64,000 bases of DNA from positions 71,114,001 through 71,178,000 of the forward strand of contig NC_043004.1 of the NCBI RefSeq assembly GCF_006345805.1. Reading direction: 5' to 3'. This document shows, in pieces, positions 13,123 through 28,533 of the stretch. The position numbers and the translations under genes are program-made. Positions within the stretch are counted from its first letter, which is position 1, and every line of letters begins with the position of its first letter. This DNA is from Octopus sinensis. Its lineage: Eukaryota. The notes under the pieces are model-generated. The model had not been told where the DNA came from. It searched no databases and was given only the letters and a program-made list of their open reading frames with translations.

Positions 13123-14439
13123 TACATAAATAAAAATACATGAAAATAAATTATACGAAAATCGGCCACAGTAGCTAAACAGAAACAAAAACCTAAATAG
13201 CATTTATGAATGTTCCAACAGTACTTTCAGATGTTCTTTCATTATTATCTCTACAACGGTTCTGGATGTTGATGGTGTGAGCGACACACAAATTGTATGA
13301 GCGACACACTGACACACATAGACAAAGAGAGAAAGGCAGAGGCAGAGGAAAACAGAAACACACAGAAACAGAGAGAAAGACACTATGCGTGTGTGGGTGT
13401 GGGTGCGTGCGTTTATTTTAACCCCATCAACACACTTCCTCTACAGCGATTTCAATTTGGTACAGCACCCAGGACAAAAACTAAATAAATAAAAACAATA
13501 ATGTTAATGAATACATGATTAACAACTTCCCAGAAGAAAGTTGACACTAATTAAGTTCGGACATTATAGTTGATGGCAATTAGCAACAGTATCTACAGGA
13601 TTTCCTTAACAACTTGAATCCATCGGGACTACCTAAGCATAGGATCTCACTGTAAAAGTACTGTCCTATAATGCTCCTACGAAATTGTGACCCTGCCAAT
13701 GGAAATTGCAACGGAACAAGATACACCCTCACGCAACTCAATTCTCACGTCATCGAGGCAGTGATAGCGAGTGGCCCTCACAGTGGTAAGCACCTGTTCA
13801 CACGTCGGATACCACTGTTACCCTCCGACAACCAGTTTCCCTTCCAATTAAGATACAGGCAATTTCCCATCAAACTAGCCTTCTCATTCACAAATATCAA
13901 GTCTCAGGGCCAGACTTTAGATTATGTTGGTGTGTTTCCGCCCAGTCCGTTGTTTACACACGGCCAGTTGTATGTCTCTATGAGCAGAGCAGTGGACTCA
14001 GCTAATTTGAAAATTAGTGTTGATGAAACACAAAATATCTGTTACAAAGAAGTATTGTAAACATAATAATATCATGAATATGTACTATATAAACTCTACA
14101 TGAATATAATCGAAACCAACCGCTATTTATATTTTGTTAGATTTCCCATGCCCTATTTCAGTATAAATACATTTATACTGAAAGTTGTTATTATTTTCCA
14201 TCCTCCTTTCATCTCCAATCGTAGATGGGTAGGTTTGCTAGTGAATATTATGAAAGAACTTTCCACAATGTTACCAATGTAAATATTGATATGGTTATAT
14301 AAAATAAAGTGTACAGCGGTTGTTATAACATACAGTTATATCTTCCCTCTTGTGTGGACACCTTTATTCTTATATAAGATATTTCTTTTATCAAATGGTT
14401 TTTGACATTGATACAATAGCCCACCTGCATAATTAGATA

Positions 14440-15050
14440 CACCGATAGTTAATCGTCTTTTCAATGATATTCCATGACATCAGTAACACATCTCTTCTTC
14501 TGCAGGAATATGTTTGTGTTTAGTTAAGGAACCATTCAGAGAGAATGATTTACCGCAGACATAATACGGATAGGTTTTTGTCCTCCTGCATGAATGCTCT
14601 CAAGAATAGTTAAATTAGTGATTTGCTAGAATGAATTACCACAAATGTCAAAGTGATATGGCATCTTCCCTTTAAGAGTACACGTGTGTTTACATTGGGC
14701 CAGAGCTTCTAGAGAACAATTTGCCAGAGATATCACAATGATATGATTTCGCTTTCTGATGAATGAGATTACACTTAGTTAAATGACTTCTTACAGAGAA
14801 TGATTTACCACAGATAGGAACGCTAATTTGGCTTCTCACCCTTCAGTACACTATTTTGAGAGAGACACATAACAACGGCTTCTCTCCTGTATGAATATAT
14901 GTGTGTTGACTTATATATTATTATTGAGAAATGATGCACCACACATATCACGCTGATATAGCTTCTCTCCTGTTTGAGTGCATTTATGTTTAGCTAAGTT
15001 ACATTTTGCAGAGAATAATTTATTACAGTCAGCACAGCAATGAGTCTTCT
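14440..15050 (-). pseudogene. Decayed C2H2 zinc-finger array
   Basis: Recurrent remnants of tgtggtaaatcattctct (CGKSFS), cattgtgatat (HCDI) and catacaggagagaag (HTGEK), with stops and frameshifts. Confidence 0.75.
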
Positions 15051-15061
15051 CACCTCTATTC

Positions 15062-16830
<1,769 letters not shown>

Positions 16831-18130
16831 TAAAACAAATACATTTCTAAGTAAAGTGGATACCTTTTTGAACGAATCCTGTTTAATAGATATCACAGTG
16901 GAAAGATCCTTTTACTTTATTACTTGGCATTTCATCATTGAAATCAATTCTTCTGCAGAGCTGCATACAGGCTTCTTTCCACACAATCCATTTCCCATAA
17001 TCTTTCACTTTTCGCTACTACATATAGATATTCTTTAACTCCTGTGTCATCTACTATTCTGGAATATCAGAGAAACATTAAAATCTTAAGACTTAGCAGT
17101 GGAAATTTGTCAACATTTCCATAATGATAAACAATAGATTTGATCCTTTAGCAGAACAATTGCAGTTTAATCTTGGATTTTTTCAAATCAAATCTCATCA
17201 CACAACAATCAAATCGATACATTTACACCTTCATGCTGTGTAACATTATATATATCAAACACCCAGCACAATGGACAATTACATTCTTCATAATTACCTC
17301 GTTGTTGTTTCGCCCCGAGTCAGCTCTTACTGACCAGACTTATCCTGAAAGACATTTCAGCTGTGACTATCGTGCCATGGCTGGAATCGCTTTGATGACT
17401 ATGCCATAACTTTGCATTCGAATAACCTTTTTAAAAGTATAAATATTTTAAAATAAAATTTCGCGAGTGTCTGTTTTTTAAAATGTTCTTTATGTCGAAA
17501 GAATTGAATAAGATAACGTTTTTGCAGAGATCCGGATCAGACACAGAAATTCGAGCTGCAAAGCTTTCATTGGAAAATATGCACCGTTGAGAGAGTTGTG
17601 AGGAAGTCATTGTAGGTTAGGGGTTCGTAAGAATAGATCCAAAACTCCACCAAACATTATTTTTTTTTAAAGTTTTATCAACATAATCTTAACCTTCACC
17701 CTCAAAACCTTATCTCTGCAAAATTTCAATCGCATTTTAAAGAAACTTAACATTAAAGAAAACTCTATCGCAGAGCTCGATGTTTAAGTACAGATTCGAC
17801 AAATGAGCCTACAATGTAATAATGTATAACAAGAGAGAAATTCCAGAAGATGATTTGTACCTGTTTTGAAGCATTTACACTTTGGATACGGTAATTCAGA
17901 GGAGCGAAGTCCACGTTTAGTCCTAATAAATCGGGATTATTCACCACGTGTTGTAGGAAAGTGAGCAATGCGTCCTGTTATGGCAATCCAAATGAGAATT
18001 ATTATTATTTTCTATTTGAAAGCCAACTGAAAATTGAAGGAAGATCAGGAAAGCTATTCTTTCATATGTGGTTGATTAAAACCACCCCATTTCTCTGGCC
18101 TTTAAAATAAGGAACAACCGATTAACGAAT

Positions 18131-18790
18131 TTATTTGTGGATTAAATAAAATACGATTAATTTGGCACTGGTTGGTGACCATAGCTGAGAGCAATAGTCA
18201 AGGTGGTTTAGGACAAGTGTCCTCCAGAGGACCATCATGGTTTCCTGCTCTCTTGTTCTAAAATTTCTAAGAATGCATCCGGTCAGCCGCCAACATTTCA
18301 TTGCCACTTTAGCAACATGCACATGAAAGGTTGCATCATTACTCATGTAAATGGCCAGGTCTCGAACTGATTGTGCCTCTGGGATTGCAATCCCTCCAGA
18401 TCCAGTGTATGTATTGGATGTTGCATTTAGTTTTGCATGCTGATAGCACAAACTTTTCAGCTTTGAACTGCATGTTATTCTTTTCGGCGCACTTGTATAT
18501 TCTATCCAGCTCAAATTGCAGGTTCATAGCGTCTTCAGGATTCTGTATTACCTGTGAAACTTGTGTATCATCTGCATAACTTGTGATTGTGTTTCTCTGT
18601 GTGGCTGAGTGCATGTCTGAGACGGCCATTATGAACAGTATTGGTCCTAAAACAGTGCTTTGCGGAACGCCACTCACTATTTGCGTGTCATTGGAGGTGA
18701 ACCCATTGGCTACTATCACCTGACTTCTGTCCTTCAGAAAGCCATGAAGCCATTCTCCTAATTCTCCAACTATGCCAAGATCACTCACTT
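18131..18790 (-). mobile_element. CR1/Jockey-group LINE RT fragment
   Basis: SGVPQSTVLGPILF, SYADDTQV and NHLDYCSQLWSP across two frames. Confidence 0.85.
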
Positions 18791-18799
18791 TGTGACATA

Positions 18800-21700
18800 T
18801 ATATACACAAAGTAAGTTAGGGGTTATGGATTCAACCTACTAAGGGATAGAAATACAACCGTGTTTCGTGGTCTGCTACCACAACAGCTCCTTTATAGGA
18901 TCCAGTTAGCTCAAGACATCATCAGGACGAACCACGTCCGGTTTCGGCCCCTACTCCTCTACCGTTTTGACGTGGCGGCCCTTCCCCTTCGGAGGTTTCT
19001 TCAGCTCCGGTGTTGGGTGCATGTCTTCTTTCTTCTTCTTTCTTCTGTTCCCTGGCCTCTTCGATGTATCGTCAGCGAGTGTCAGCCGGTGACTGACTGA
19101 CTTGTCAAATCTTTCGCTTTAAATACCTGCCGCTAGGCTCCAGCAGGCAGTCCCAGCAAGTTGTCACATGACACTGTCTCACCTTAACTGACTAGTGAAG
19201 GTGTGTAGTTTTTAGCCCGTGCTTTTTCTAAACGACCGTCACCTGTCAGTCAGCGAAGCTGATTCAGTGTCAGCTTGTCTCATCTAGTGATGTTATTTTC
19301 CGCCGGCATATTATGACTTTCAAGCCATTTTCGGTCTTCCCGCTTCAGCCATATATAGAAGCTGGCTTTTTCGACCGCCTCCTGTACACTCCTTATTAGT
19401 TTACGCAGCTCGGGGCTAGAAATAAACAAATTTTCTTTTGAAGAGCGTTGTCATTTTCCTTTCAATGAAGACTCTATCCCCCTCTGCCAGATGATAATAT
19501 TCGACATTCCATCTCTGTTCTCTGCATTCTTCGATTAGCTTTTCATACAGTCTTCTCCTTTCGTTCCTCTGCATTGCCGATGTTCTCTTCCCAAGGTACT
19601 GTTAGTTGTAATAAAATTCCCATTCTCCGGCCTCTGTTCCATAGAACTAAATCCGGTCTTTTTGTTGTTTTTATTAGTGGAAATATTACTTGTCTTTCCA
19701 AGTCCGTGGCGACCTCCCAGTATCCCTCCCATCTTTCGTCTATCTCGTAAACTTTACTTGTAGGCCTGGTTTATATCCGTTTCCCTCCTTGTGGAAGTAT
19801 ACTTTCCTGCGCTTTTCTACTTTTGGGTACTCTCCCCTATTGTACCTCTCGATCTTATCCTTGAGTGATGTGCTTATGACGCCGAGGACTTGATTATGCC
19901 GCCATGAATATCTTTCAATTGCTAGTCTGCAACCTGACAGAACATGTCTAACCATCGCTTTCTCTCCGCATCTACACTCATCGGTTGTGTTTATGTTCCA
20001 CCGGACTAAGTTCGCCGCTGAGGGTAGAACGTCGAAGGTAGACATGATCAGGAAGGATGTTCTTGCTTGTTCCCAAGCCCAAAGTTCCTTCCATGATATT
20101 CTGCGGTTGATCACATATTCCTCCCATCTCAGGCACTGTCCCTGTTGACTGCATTGCACCAAATGTACATTTCGCCTTTCTTCTTCCTCCTTTCTCACTT
20201 AGTATATCACTGCCTCTTTCAAATCTTTTACACTGCTCTTGCAAAATGGCCTGAAATTTTGCGACCCTAGGCCGGTTCTAGCTTATTGCGTCGCTCCGAC
20301 TATATCTGCGTGCCTTAGTTTTCCGATCGCCCTGTTTACTGCCTCTTCTGCCTTCCTTTTCCTCCCTGTTCGTACCTTTGGAGGGTTTTCCCGGATGCTC
20401 TGATCGTTTGAATAGCATCATTAGTGTCCTTACCTTTCCTGCCTTATATTCTTCGGCGATTGATGTTATTGGTAGTTGCAGTGCGGGTTTTCCATATAGT
20501 GCAGTTGTATTCAGTCGTTTCGGCAGACCAAGGCATTTTCTGATAAACACACTGCATCTTTGTTCCATCCTTTCTACTCTACTCGAGGCTATTTCGTACA
20601 TTTGCAATGGCCACATTATTCTTGGGTACAGCCCAAATTGCAGTATCCAACATTTGAATTTTCCCGGCACGTTGTTCTGTCAATTGCCTTTAATCCTTGT
20701 TCAACTAACTCGTGCGTTTCTTTCCCTTGCTTCCTATCATTTAATAAATCTCTATACCATCTGCCGAGACTCTTTACTGGTTGTTCTTTCACCGTTGGTA
20801 TGTCTTCACTTACTATCCTGAATTTCACTTCTTCTTGCCTTCCTTTCACGAAAGCCACGCTTCGAGATTTTTTGACTTTGAATTTCATCCTTGCCCATCC
20901 TATCAGTTCGTCCAACCGCTCTAACGTTCCCTCTGCTGCTTCTCTACTTTCCGATAATATAGTTACGTCGTCCATAAAAGCCCTTAATGGTGTCTTTGTA
21001 ACAGCTTTCTCAGTTTGTAGATCTAAGTAACATTTCCATGACTAGCACGAATAAGATGACTGATATCGTGCATCCGGCTGCAATACCTATTTCAAGCCGT
21101 TGCCACTCCGTTGTGAACTTTCCTGCTGTAAATCTCATCCTCAGGTTGTCGTAGTACGACGTGAGCATTCATTGAACATCTTTTGGAATCCAAAAGAAGT
21201 CCATCGCTGTTTTTATTATTGCGGGCGGAACAGATCCATAAGCATTGGCAAGATCTAGCCAAACAATATACAGGTTTTTCTTCATTTTTTTTGCACAGGT
21301 GATGGCTTCCTAGATAGAAAATGCGTGTTCTATGCACCCAGGGATTCCTGCTTTTTGAATCGCTTCATTAACATATCCGTTATGCTGCACGAATCTTATG
21401 ATTCGTATAGCAATTATTCCAAACATGATTTTCCCGTCTATATTTAGTAGTGAAACCGGTCTAAATTGGCCTAGTGTTTTTGCCTCTTTTTCTTTAGGTA
21501 GATAGATACCTTCGGCTATACACCATCGCTCCGCTACATCTTTCTTCTTCCACATTTCTCTTATCAGTGCAAACAGCTGCAAACGTAATTTCGGGCAATA
21601 TTTATATACCTTGTAGCTCACTCCATCGTTCCCTGGTGCACTTTTTGTTCTTGCTTTTCTGATGAATTCATCCATTTCTTTCCGTTTGATGTCACTCGAA

Positions 21701-21850
21701 TCAAATGGTACTCTTGGTTCAGGTGGTTTCTTCAGTCCGTGCATTTCTGGGAGTACTTCATTTCTGTTGGAGTCGCTGTATGTCTCTTTCAGATGTTGTT
21801 CGAGCTCGTCTTTCGTGCAATCCAATTTTCCACTTGTATATGGCATATCT
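18800..21850 (-). mobile_element. RLE-type non-LTR retrotransposon, HERO/NeSL-like, 5'-truncated and frameshifted
   Basis: RT: KSAPGNDGVSYKVYK, FRPVSLLNIDGKI, DLANAYGSVP, AFMDDVTIL. Post-RT CRCGE...HVLSGC...YSWRHNQVL. RLE motifs KRPDLVLW and LTVPWEENI. Clade name is from my recollection of HERO proteins; 3' boundary approximate. Confidence 0.8.
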
Positions 21851-23940
21851 TTCTCGCCTACGCTCTAAGGAATAGAGTCTCAATTTCTTGAGTCTTTAAG
21901 TGTGTGCGCGTGCGTGTGTGTGTATGTGTGAGTCTTCATGTTTATGTGTGTCCTTATCCTACGATCGCAGCCTGGCACAGTGTTGCTTTGTTTATGTCTC
22001 TATAAAGCAAATTTTAGCTATACGTAGCAGAAGAATAAGGACAGAATACAAATAAATAAATAAACAGATCCAGTTAACCCTACGGAAACGCTTCAAAGCG
22101 ATGCCCCAGCATGGCCACAATCCAATGAATGAAAAAAATCCAAGATAAAAAGCACAGAACCCATTCTGTAAAGTGGTTGATGTTGGGAATGGTATCTAAC
22201 CAGGAATAGGGGAACAAAACAGACTTTTTTTGTGCAGTCCTTGGATCCTGTCCGGCATATGCCAGAAAGGAACAGGGATGTATGTATGTTAGATGATGAT
22301 GACAATGATGACGATGTGAATTACTCTGTTAATGATGAGATTCAAGGAAATGACGAACATTATTGTAAGCAATTTAAAAATTGTTTTATATATGATTACA
22401 TATATATATATATATATACATAGTGTCTGCGTGTTAAGAAGCTTGCTAACGAACCACATGGTTCCGTGTTCAGTACCACTGCGTGGCACCTTGGGCGTGT
22501 GTAACTTAGCGGTTCGACAAAAGAAGTCCGATAGCATAAGTACGAGACTTACCAAGAATATATCGTGGGGTCGATTTGCATCACTAAAGGCGGACCTCCA
22601 GCTTGGCTACAGTTAAATGACTGAAATAATTAAAAGAGTAGAGAGTAAAGATTATATATATTTATATATATATTTATATATATGTATGTGTGTGTGTGTG
22701 TGTGTGTGTTTGGTAATAGATTAATAAATTGATTACATATTTCTTTTGTTATTTCATCAGAGCTTTCTTCGTCCAACAAATTCCTATATAATGAAGATCT
22801 ATCTACACTATGTGAAGTCTATATATATATATATATATATATATAGAAAGTTTTGCAAATTTACGAAATTCCTCGCTACCTCTAAGAAAATCTAAATACA
22901 TACATAATGAAACATTCTTTAATGTTTCAGTCTTTTGACTGCGGCCATCCTGGGGCAACGCCTCAAAGGTTTCTTTTTTTTATGGGAAAATATCAGCCGA
23001 ATGTCTTGCTCTTTGTAAGTGTTATCATACACCCCCCCACACACACACATATGTATATATATGTAGGCGCAGGAGTGAGTGTGTGCTATATAGCTTGCTT
23101 ACCATCCACATGTTTCCGGGTTTAGTCCCACTACGTGGCACCTTGGGCAAGTGTCTTCTACCATAGGATCGGGCCGACTAAAGCCTTGAGGCCATCATAT
23201 CATGAGTATTGTTATCAAGTTCCAACGATGATTTAATCAATTAAATGATGATGATGCTGATTATGATGATGACGATGATTGTTTATCACCACATTGCACT
23301 GTTACGTCGCTCTTTATGCACTAAAATTCCAATACATTGTAGTTGGCGAGACGTACAAGGCAGTGGCAGATTGTTAAATTATGTTCTAAATGTTAAGTCA
23401 AGTGAAACAGAAACATTCCATTGGTCTTAAAATAGTCACCAATCCTCTTTTCAAACTATTTCACACAACTTTTGCTCTCTCTCTAATAAAAGTTAGCATT
23501 ATTCAACATTTTGATATTGCTGACGCAAGAAATCACGCACGCACATATACATTCGTAATACATACGTGCATATATACGTGCATACACACATATATACATA
23601 CATGAAGCCACAGAATGGTAGATGTAGTAGACATCCATAAGAAGGAGTACACGAGGAATGTCCCAGTGAAAGCACTAATAAAAGGTAAACATAATAGACC
23701 GGACACTTCAGAGACAGAGAAGAGTATACGTGTACAGGTGTGAAACTCAACTGAGCAGCGCATCTTAGCATAAAACTAAAGCTCAGCGAAAACGAAAATA
23801 CCTACATTAAACTATTGTGATATGCAATTATGGGGGCATTGAGATAAGTAACACACAGCCTAATCTTTAGAAATTGGCTTCTTATAACCAGAAAGGAGAA
23901 AGCGGTTTCGAAAATTTTGAATATATATATATACATATTA

Positions 23941-24075
23941 CTAGCATAGGCACCCGGTGTTCCCTTATATACTGGAAGAAAAACGCAAAATATTTTGTAT
24001 AGAAATTTGTTATTTTTAATTCAATTTATTCTTCAGTTGGAAAATCAGGTATGAATTCATAATCTAAAAACAGGA

Positions 24076-24128
<53 letters not shown>

Positions 24129-25760
24129 TAGTAATAAAAGCAAATTTTAAAAATTATCACTTTTATAACGTGAGGTAAATTCTATCGCATATGTTGAAGG
24201 AAATTATGTAACAGCTTCTGTGTGAACAGCATTCTTTGTTTTCCGGTTTGGAGCAATGACAAATAAGTCTTGCAAACTACCAAACTTGGAGCAATTAACA
24301 TAAAGTTGACCATGAGAAAAGCAAGGCTCAATTAAGAGCAAGCCAGTAGATTTTAAAGTCTGACTTGGAGCTTTTTAATAAACATTGCAAAGCAAATTTG
24401 CACTGGGAATTGTGTTCGTTTGAACTCAAATGGCATGTCTGTTGGTTTGATTGGAATCCTTGAAATGAAAATCTTTTCCATTGAGGCACATCGAGTGATG
24501 ATAGTAGCTTCAATCAAATTAGGTGTTAATGCCTTCGCAATCAACCTTGTCCCATTGCATAATTTAGGAGGATCTAAATTACTTAGAAACACTACTATGA
24601 TTCCTATCTTCAGAAAAAGTTTATGAAGAGTTCCAGGTGACTCAAGAGATTTAAGGATCTCTGTTGTGTAATTTGGGCAGCTTGATTTTCATCAGGCACT
24701 GAATCAATTGATTTATACACCTTAATAACTGTTGGAATCTTATTCAATAATTCATAGTTAATCCTTATTAGTGTCTCATCTTTTGGAGCATGAATTGCCC
24801 TTTCACACAACCATTTATGTGAATTATAATTATTATTTAAGATTGGAAATACCCTGTTCTTCAGTTCATCTGGGAAATTCACCAAGATAGTAATATGAGC
24901 CAAATTGTACTTTCCCATTTCCTACTTCGAGGAGCCATATTGTAAACTGTTCTGCAAACTGGTCTCCATGTAATAACGCTCGCACGATATTACAAAAGTA
25001 GAATTCCAAGGGTGTGAAGAATTAATACATGATTATATTTCATCAGATCTTGTTAATCTCGACATGACTGGCAATGTCTCTCTGAAGTCTCCTGATAAAA
25101 CTAATATAACTCTTCCCATAGATTCATTGTTACCTCATGTCCTGCAAGGCCCTAATCAAGAGTTTATATTACACATCTATGGGACATAGTGCATTCATCC
25201 CAAATGACCCGGTGACTTTGGCGCAACGCTTCTGAACCTAAAACTTTGCTTATGTTATAAATTGGTCATTTGTGATCAGGTTTTGCGGTAATTTAAAAGC
25301 GAAATGAGCTGTTCGTTCTCCTGGCAGCAATACTAGATGAAGCTATAACAACTACAATTCATTTTGTTGCCTTACTTTGGAGAGAAGCAATGTTGTTACA
25401 AATGTTTTACCTGTGGCACTAGGAGCATCAATAAAGAAAATTCCTCCCCTTTTTTTCCCTGACTGACGAAATAATTTTATCGTATGCACAACGAGGAGAA
25501 ATTTAGGTTCATGTTCATCAACAACTGCAGCTAACTCTGTTATGTCATAATTTGCCTAGCTTGCTATGTTCTTTTTAAGTTAAAACATATTCTTACGAGT
25601 TTTTGTCTCCCCTGGCCAAAATTTGATCTTCAATTTGAACCAGTGACTCATTAAAAGTTGTTTCAGAGAACTGAATATTGATATCTGAGTTTGCTTGTTG
25701 AACTGCACACTTTAGGTTTTCAGTCATGGCCTCACGATACTTCATCTAAAACTGTAGGGG
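23941..25760 (-). mobile_element. Degraded Helitron helicase fragment with 3' terminus
   Basis: Minus-strand GGIFFIDAPSATGKTF (Walker A region) and LCNGTRL...RIPIKPTDMPFEFKRTQFPV. Ends gggaacaccgggtgcctatgCTAG|T at 23941; 5' end not found. Confidence 0.8.
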
Positions 25761-25984
25761 GACTGCCAAGTTGACACACGTTCAGAATAGTTGCAAAATG
25801 CGGTTGTTATTACAATGCATTGTTGTGCCATTCAAACCATATTAATTTTTACAAACAATACACAATGCTTCAAGCGAAATACAATACTCTCCTATCTCTA
25901 CGTCTGGGCCAGGCCGAGTTGGCAACCGTTGGGAAGTATGATTAAATTTCAAGTTATTATAGTCCATTGTTGTGCCATTCAAAA

Positions 25985-26250
25985 CATATATATATATACA
26001 TATATGCATATATATATATATACATATATGCATATATATTCATGTGTGTCTCTGTGTTTGTTTCCCCATCATCGCTTCACAACAGATATTGGTGTGTTTT
26101 CGTAACCTAGCGGTTCGGCAAAAGAGAGCGATAGAATAAGTACTAGTCCTACAAGGAATAAGACTTACAGTCAGTTTCTTTGACCAAAACTCCTTAAGGC
26201 GGTACCCCAGCATGGCCACAGAAAATAACTGAACCAAATAAAAGAATAAA
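25985..26250 (+). mobile_element. 3' half of CORE-type SINE, at the position equivalent to the 15062-15410 SINE half
   Basis: SINE tail followed directly by ...gactcattgctg, as in the mirrored left arm. Confidence 0.65.
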
Positions 26251-26254
26251 AGAA

Positions 26255-26905
26255 ATACATGAAGACAGACTCATTGCTGTTGGAAAAAGTAACTTGGGTA
26301 AACATAAATGCACTTAAAGAGGAGAGAAGTCATAGCAGTGTGAAAACTGCGATGCATCATTTCTTAGAAATAGTACGTATGTAATCACACAAGAGAAAAG
26401 CCTCATCATTTTGTTATGTGTCTCTCTCAAAATAGCGTTCTGTCTGTGATAAATCATTCTCTGTAAGAAGTCATTTAAATAAGCATAAATTCATTCATCG
26501 GAGAGCGAAATCATACCATTGTGATATCTGTGACAAATCGTTCTTTAGAAGCTGTGGCCTAAGTAAACACAAGTGCACTCATACAGGGGAAAGGGTATGT
26601 CGATGTAAAATTTGTGGTAAATCATTCTAGCAAATGACTAATTTAACTATTCTTAAAGGCATTCATACAGGAGACCATATCACTATGACGTTTGTGGTAA
26701 ATCGTTGTCATCGAGTAGTAAAATAGCTATGCATATCTATACAGGCTCAGGAGTGGCTGTGTAGTAAGTAGCTTGCTTGCCAACCACATGGTTCTGGGTT
26801 CAGTCCCACTGCGTGGCACCTTGGCCAAGTGTCTTCTACTATGGCTTCGGGCCGACCAAAGCCTTGTGAGTGGATTTGGTAGACGGAAACTGAAAGAAGC
26901 CTGTC

Positions 26906-26988
<83 letters not shown>

Positions 26989-27350
26989 TATGTCTGTGTT
27001 TATCCACCCAACATCGCTTGACAACCGATGCTGGTGTGTTTATGTCTGTCACCTAGCGGTTCGGCAAAAGAGACCGATAGAATAAGTACTGGGCTTACAA
27101 AGAATAAGTCCCGGGGCCGAGTTGCTCGATTAAAGGCGGTGCTCCAACATGGCCGCAGTCAAATGACTGAAACAAGTAAAAGAGTAAAGAGAGAGTAAAC
27201 ATATTCACACACGAGGAAAAAACATATCACTATTATGTCTGCCGTAAATCATTTTCTCAAATGGTTCCTCAACTAAACACAAACATTCCTGCAGAAAAGA
27301 AGACGTGCTATTGATATCGTGGAATATCATTAAAAATAACAATTAACTAT
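26255..27350 (+). pseudogene. Decayed C2H2 zinc-finger array (paralog of 14440-15050), interrupted by a SINE at 26744-27198
   Basis: Colinear with the left copy, including the shared stop in aaatcattcTAGcaaat and shared ttgttatgtgtctctctcaaaatag. Confidence 0.75.
26744..27198 (+). mobile_element. Full-length CORE-type SINE
   Basis: Complete head, internal TA/TG run and tail; absent from the left-arm ZNF. Confidence 0.85.
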
Positions 27351-28498
27351 ACTTGTATCTATTTATACAGATGAGTTACTGTATCAATGTAAATTATCAT
27401 TTGATGAAAGAAATGTTATCCAGACAGGAAAGAAGATATAACTGTGGGTCAAACAAACGCTGTACACTTTATTTCATATAAACATATAGATATTTACATT
27501 GGTAACATTGCTTCCCATTGTGGTATTTTCAATTGGAAATTGTTCTTTCATAATGTTCATAAACATTCCATCTAAGATATGTCCTAGGTGAAGAAAAGTC
27601 ATTATTGATATGTTCATCATTGTGTGTAAAGGGACGAGAAAGGTTTTTCCATGTATCAGTGATAACATTATGGTTATTATACTGGTAATATAAAAATACG
27701 CAAACTATAAAAGAAAATGTTTCCTCACATTATCATATATTATACAAACATACGTATCATGAATGATACACGTTTTTTCATGTATCTATGTATATTCTGT
27801 AATAATATTTACTGTATGTGTCCCATCATATTGGTGATCGTGTTGTTAGTCAAATCTATATATTCATATGATTATACCTTCCTTCCTAATTACATTTAGT
27901 GCCATCCTCCAGAGTCTTCATTTAAAAGGAAAAACATTTTACTTATAATAACGTTTTCTTTTGTATTAAATAAGCAGTATTATTTAATTTAAATATTTCG
28001 CTCCAGATATATTCTTTTATTCACAAATGCAATAAGGTATCGTGGGTATGGGTGTAAGTGAAAGGAAATAAAATAAATGATACTTTAACCTGAGAAAATC
28101 TGAATAAGTTGTTTCATTAATTATGCTCCTATGTGTATTTTAATTTAAGCAATAGTTATTAATGAAAGAAAATATATATTGATCCCTTTTAATTACTGGG
28201 TCTCTTATGCTAAAAAGGATTATATTTTTGGAAGGGACAGTATGAATATAATAAGTTGTGAAGCCTGCAGAATTTCCGATAGGTTTTGCTATTTTATATA
28301 ATTTTGCCATTTCTTTCAGCTGAGCCAAGCATGATTTGATGGGTGGTAAGGGGGATTTTATTTGCTGATCTTTATATGACCTTCATGTTTTTATTCATAT
28401 AATCCGAAATAAGTGATTTATTTTGTGGATTATCCTCGTTATTATTCTCATCAATGTCTTTTCTGTCAATTTACAGACGTTTGTTTTAACGTTTCTAT

Positions 28499-28533
28499 TT
28501 ATGTGTTCATTTCTGCTGTTCCATCACCAGAGC
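28499..28533 (-). CDS. aGPCR right copy predicted terminal exon
   Basis: Mirror of 10459-10493; coding sequence identical. Confidence 0.6.

Larger units (their letters stand above)
11457..14241 (+). mobile_element. Composite Helitron (TC...CTAG, inserted at A|T) with PIF1-like helicase C-terminal remnant
   Basis: Starts A|TCTTACTATA and ends in a hairpin plus TTTGCTAG|T. ORF 13671-14060 has CNGTR...RQFPIKLAF...KSQGQTL...HGQLYVSMSR. The paralogous empty site is at 27559/27560. Confidence 0.85.

Noticed and set aside
13671-14060. Idea that the two Helitron helicase fragments are mirror copies of the duplication
   Set aside because: The peptides differ strongly and sit on different sides of the ZNF; the right arm has the empty site.
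22735-22765. Minus-strand CTGATGA...GAAA
   Set aside because: The intervening sequence cannot form stem II, and there is no stem I.
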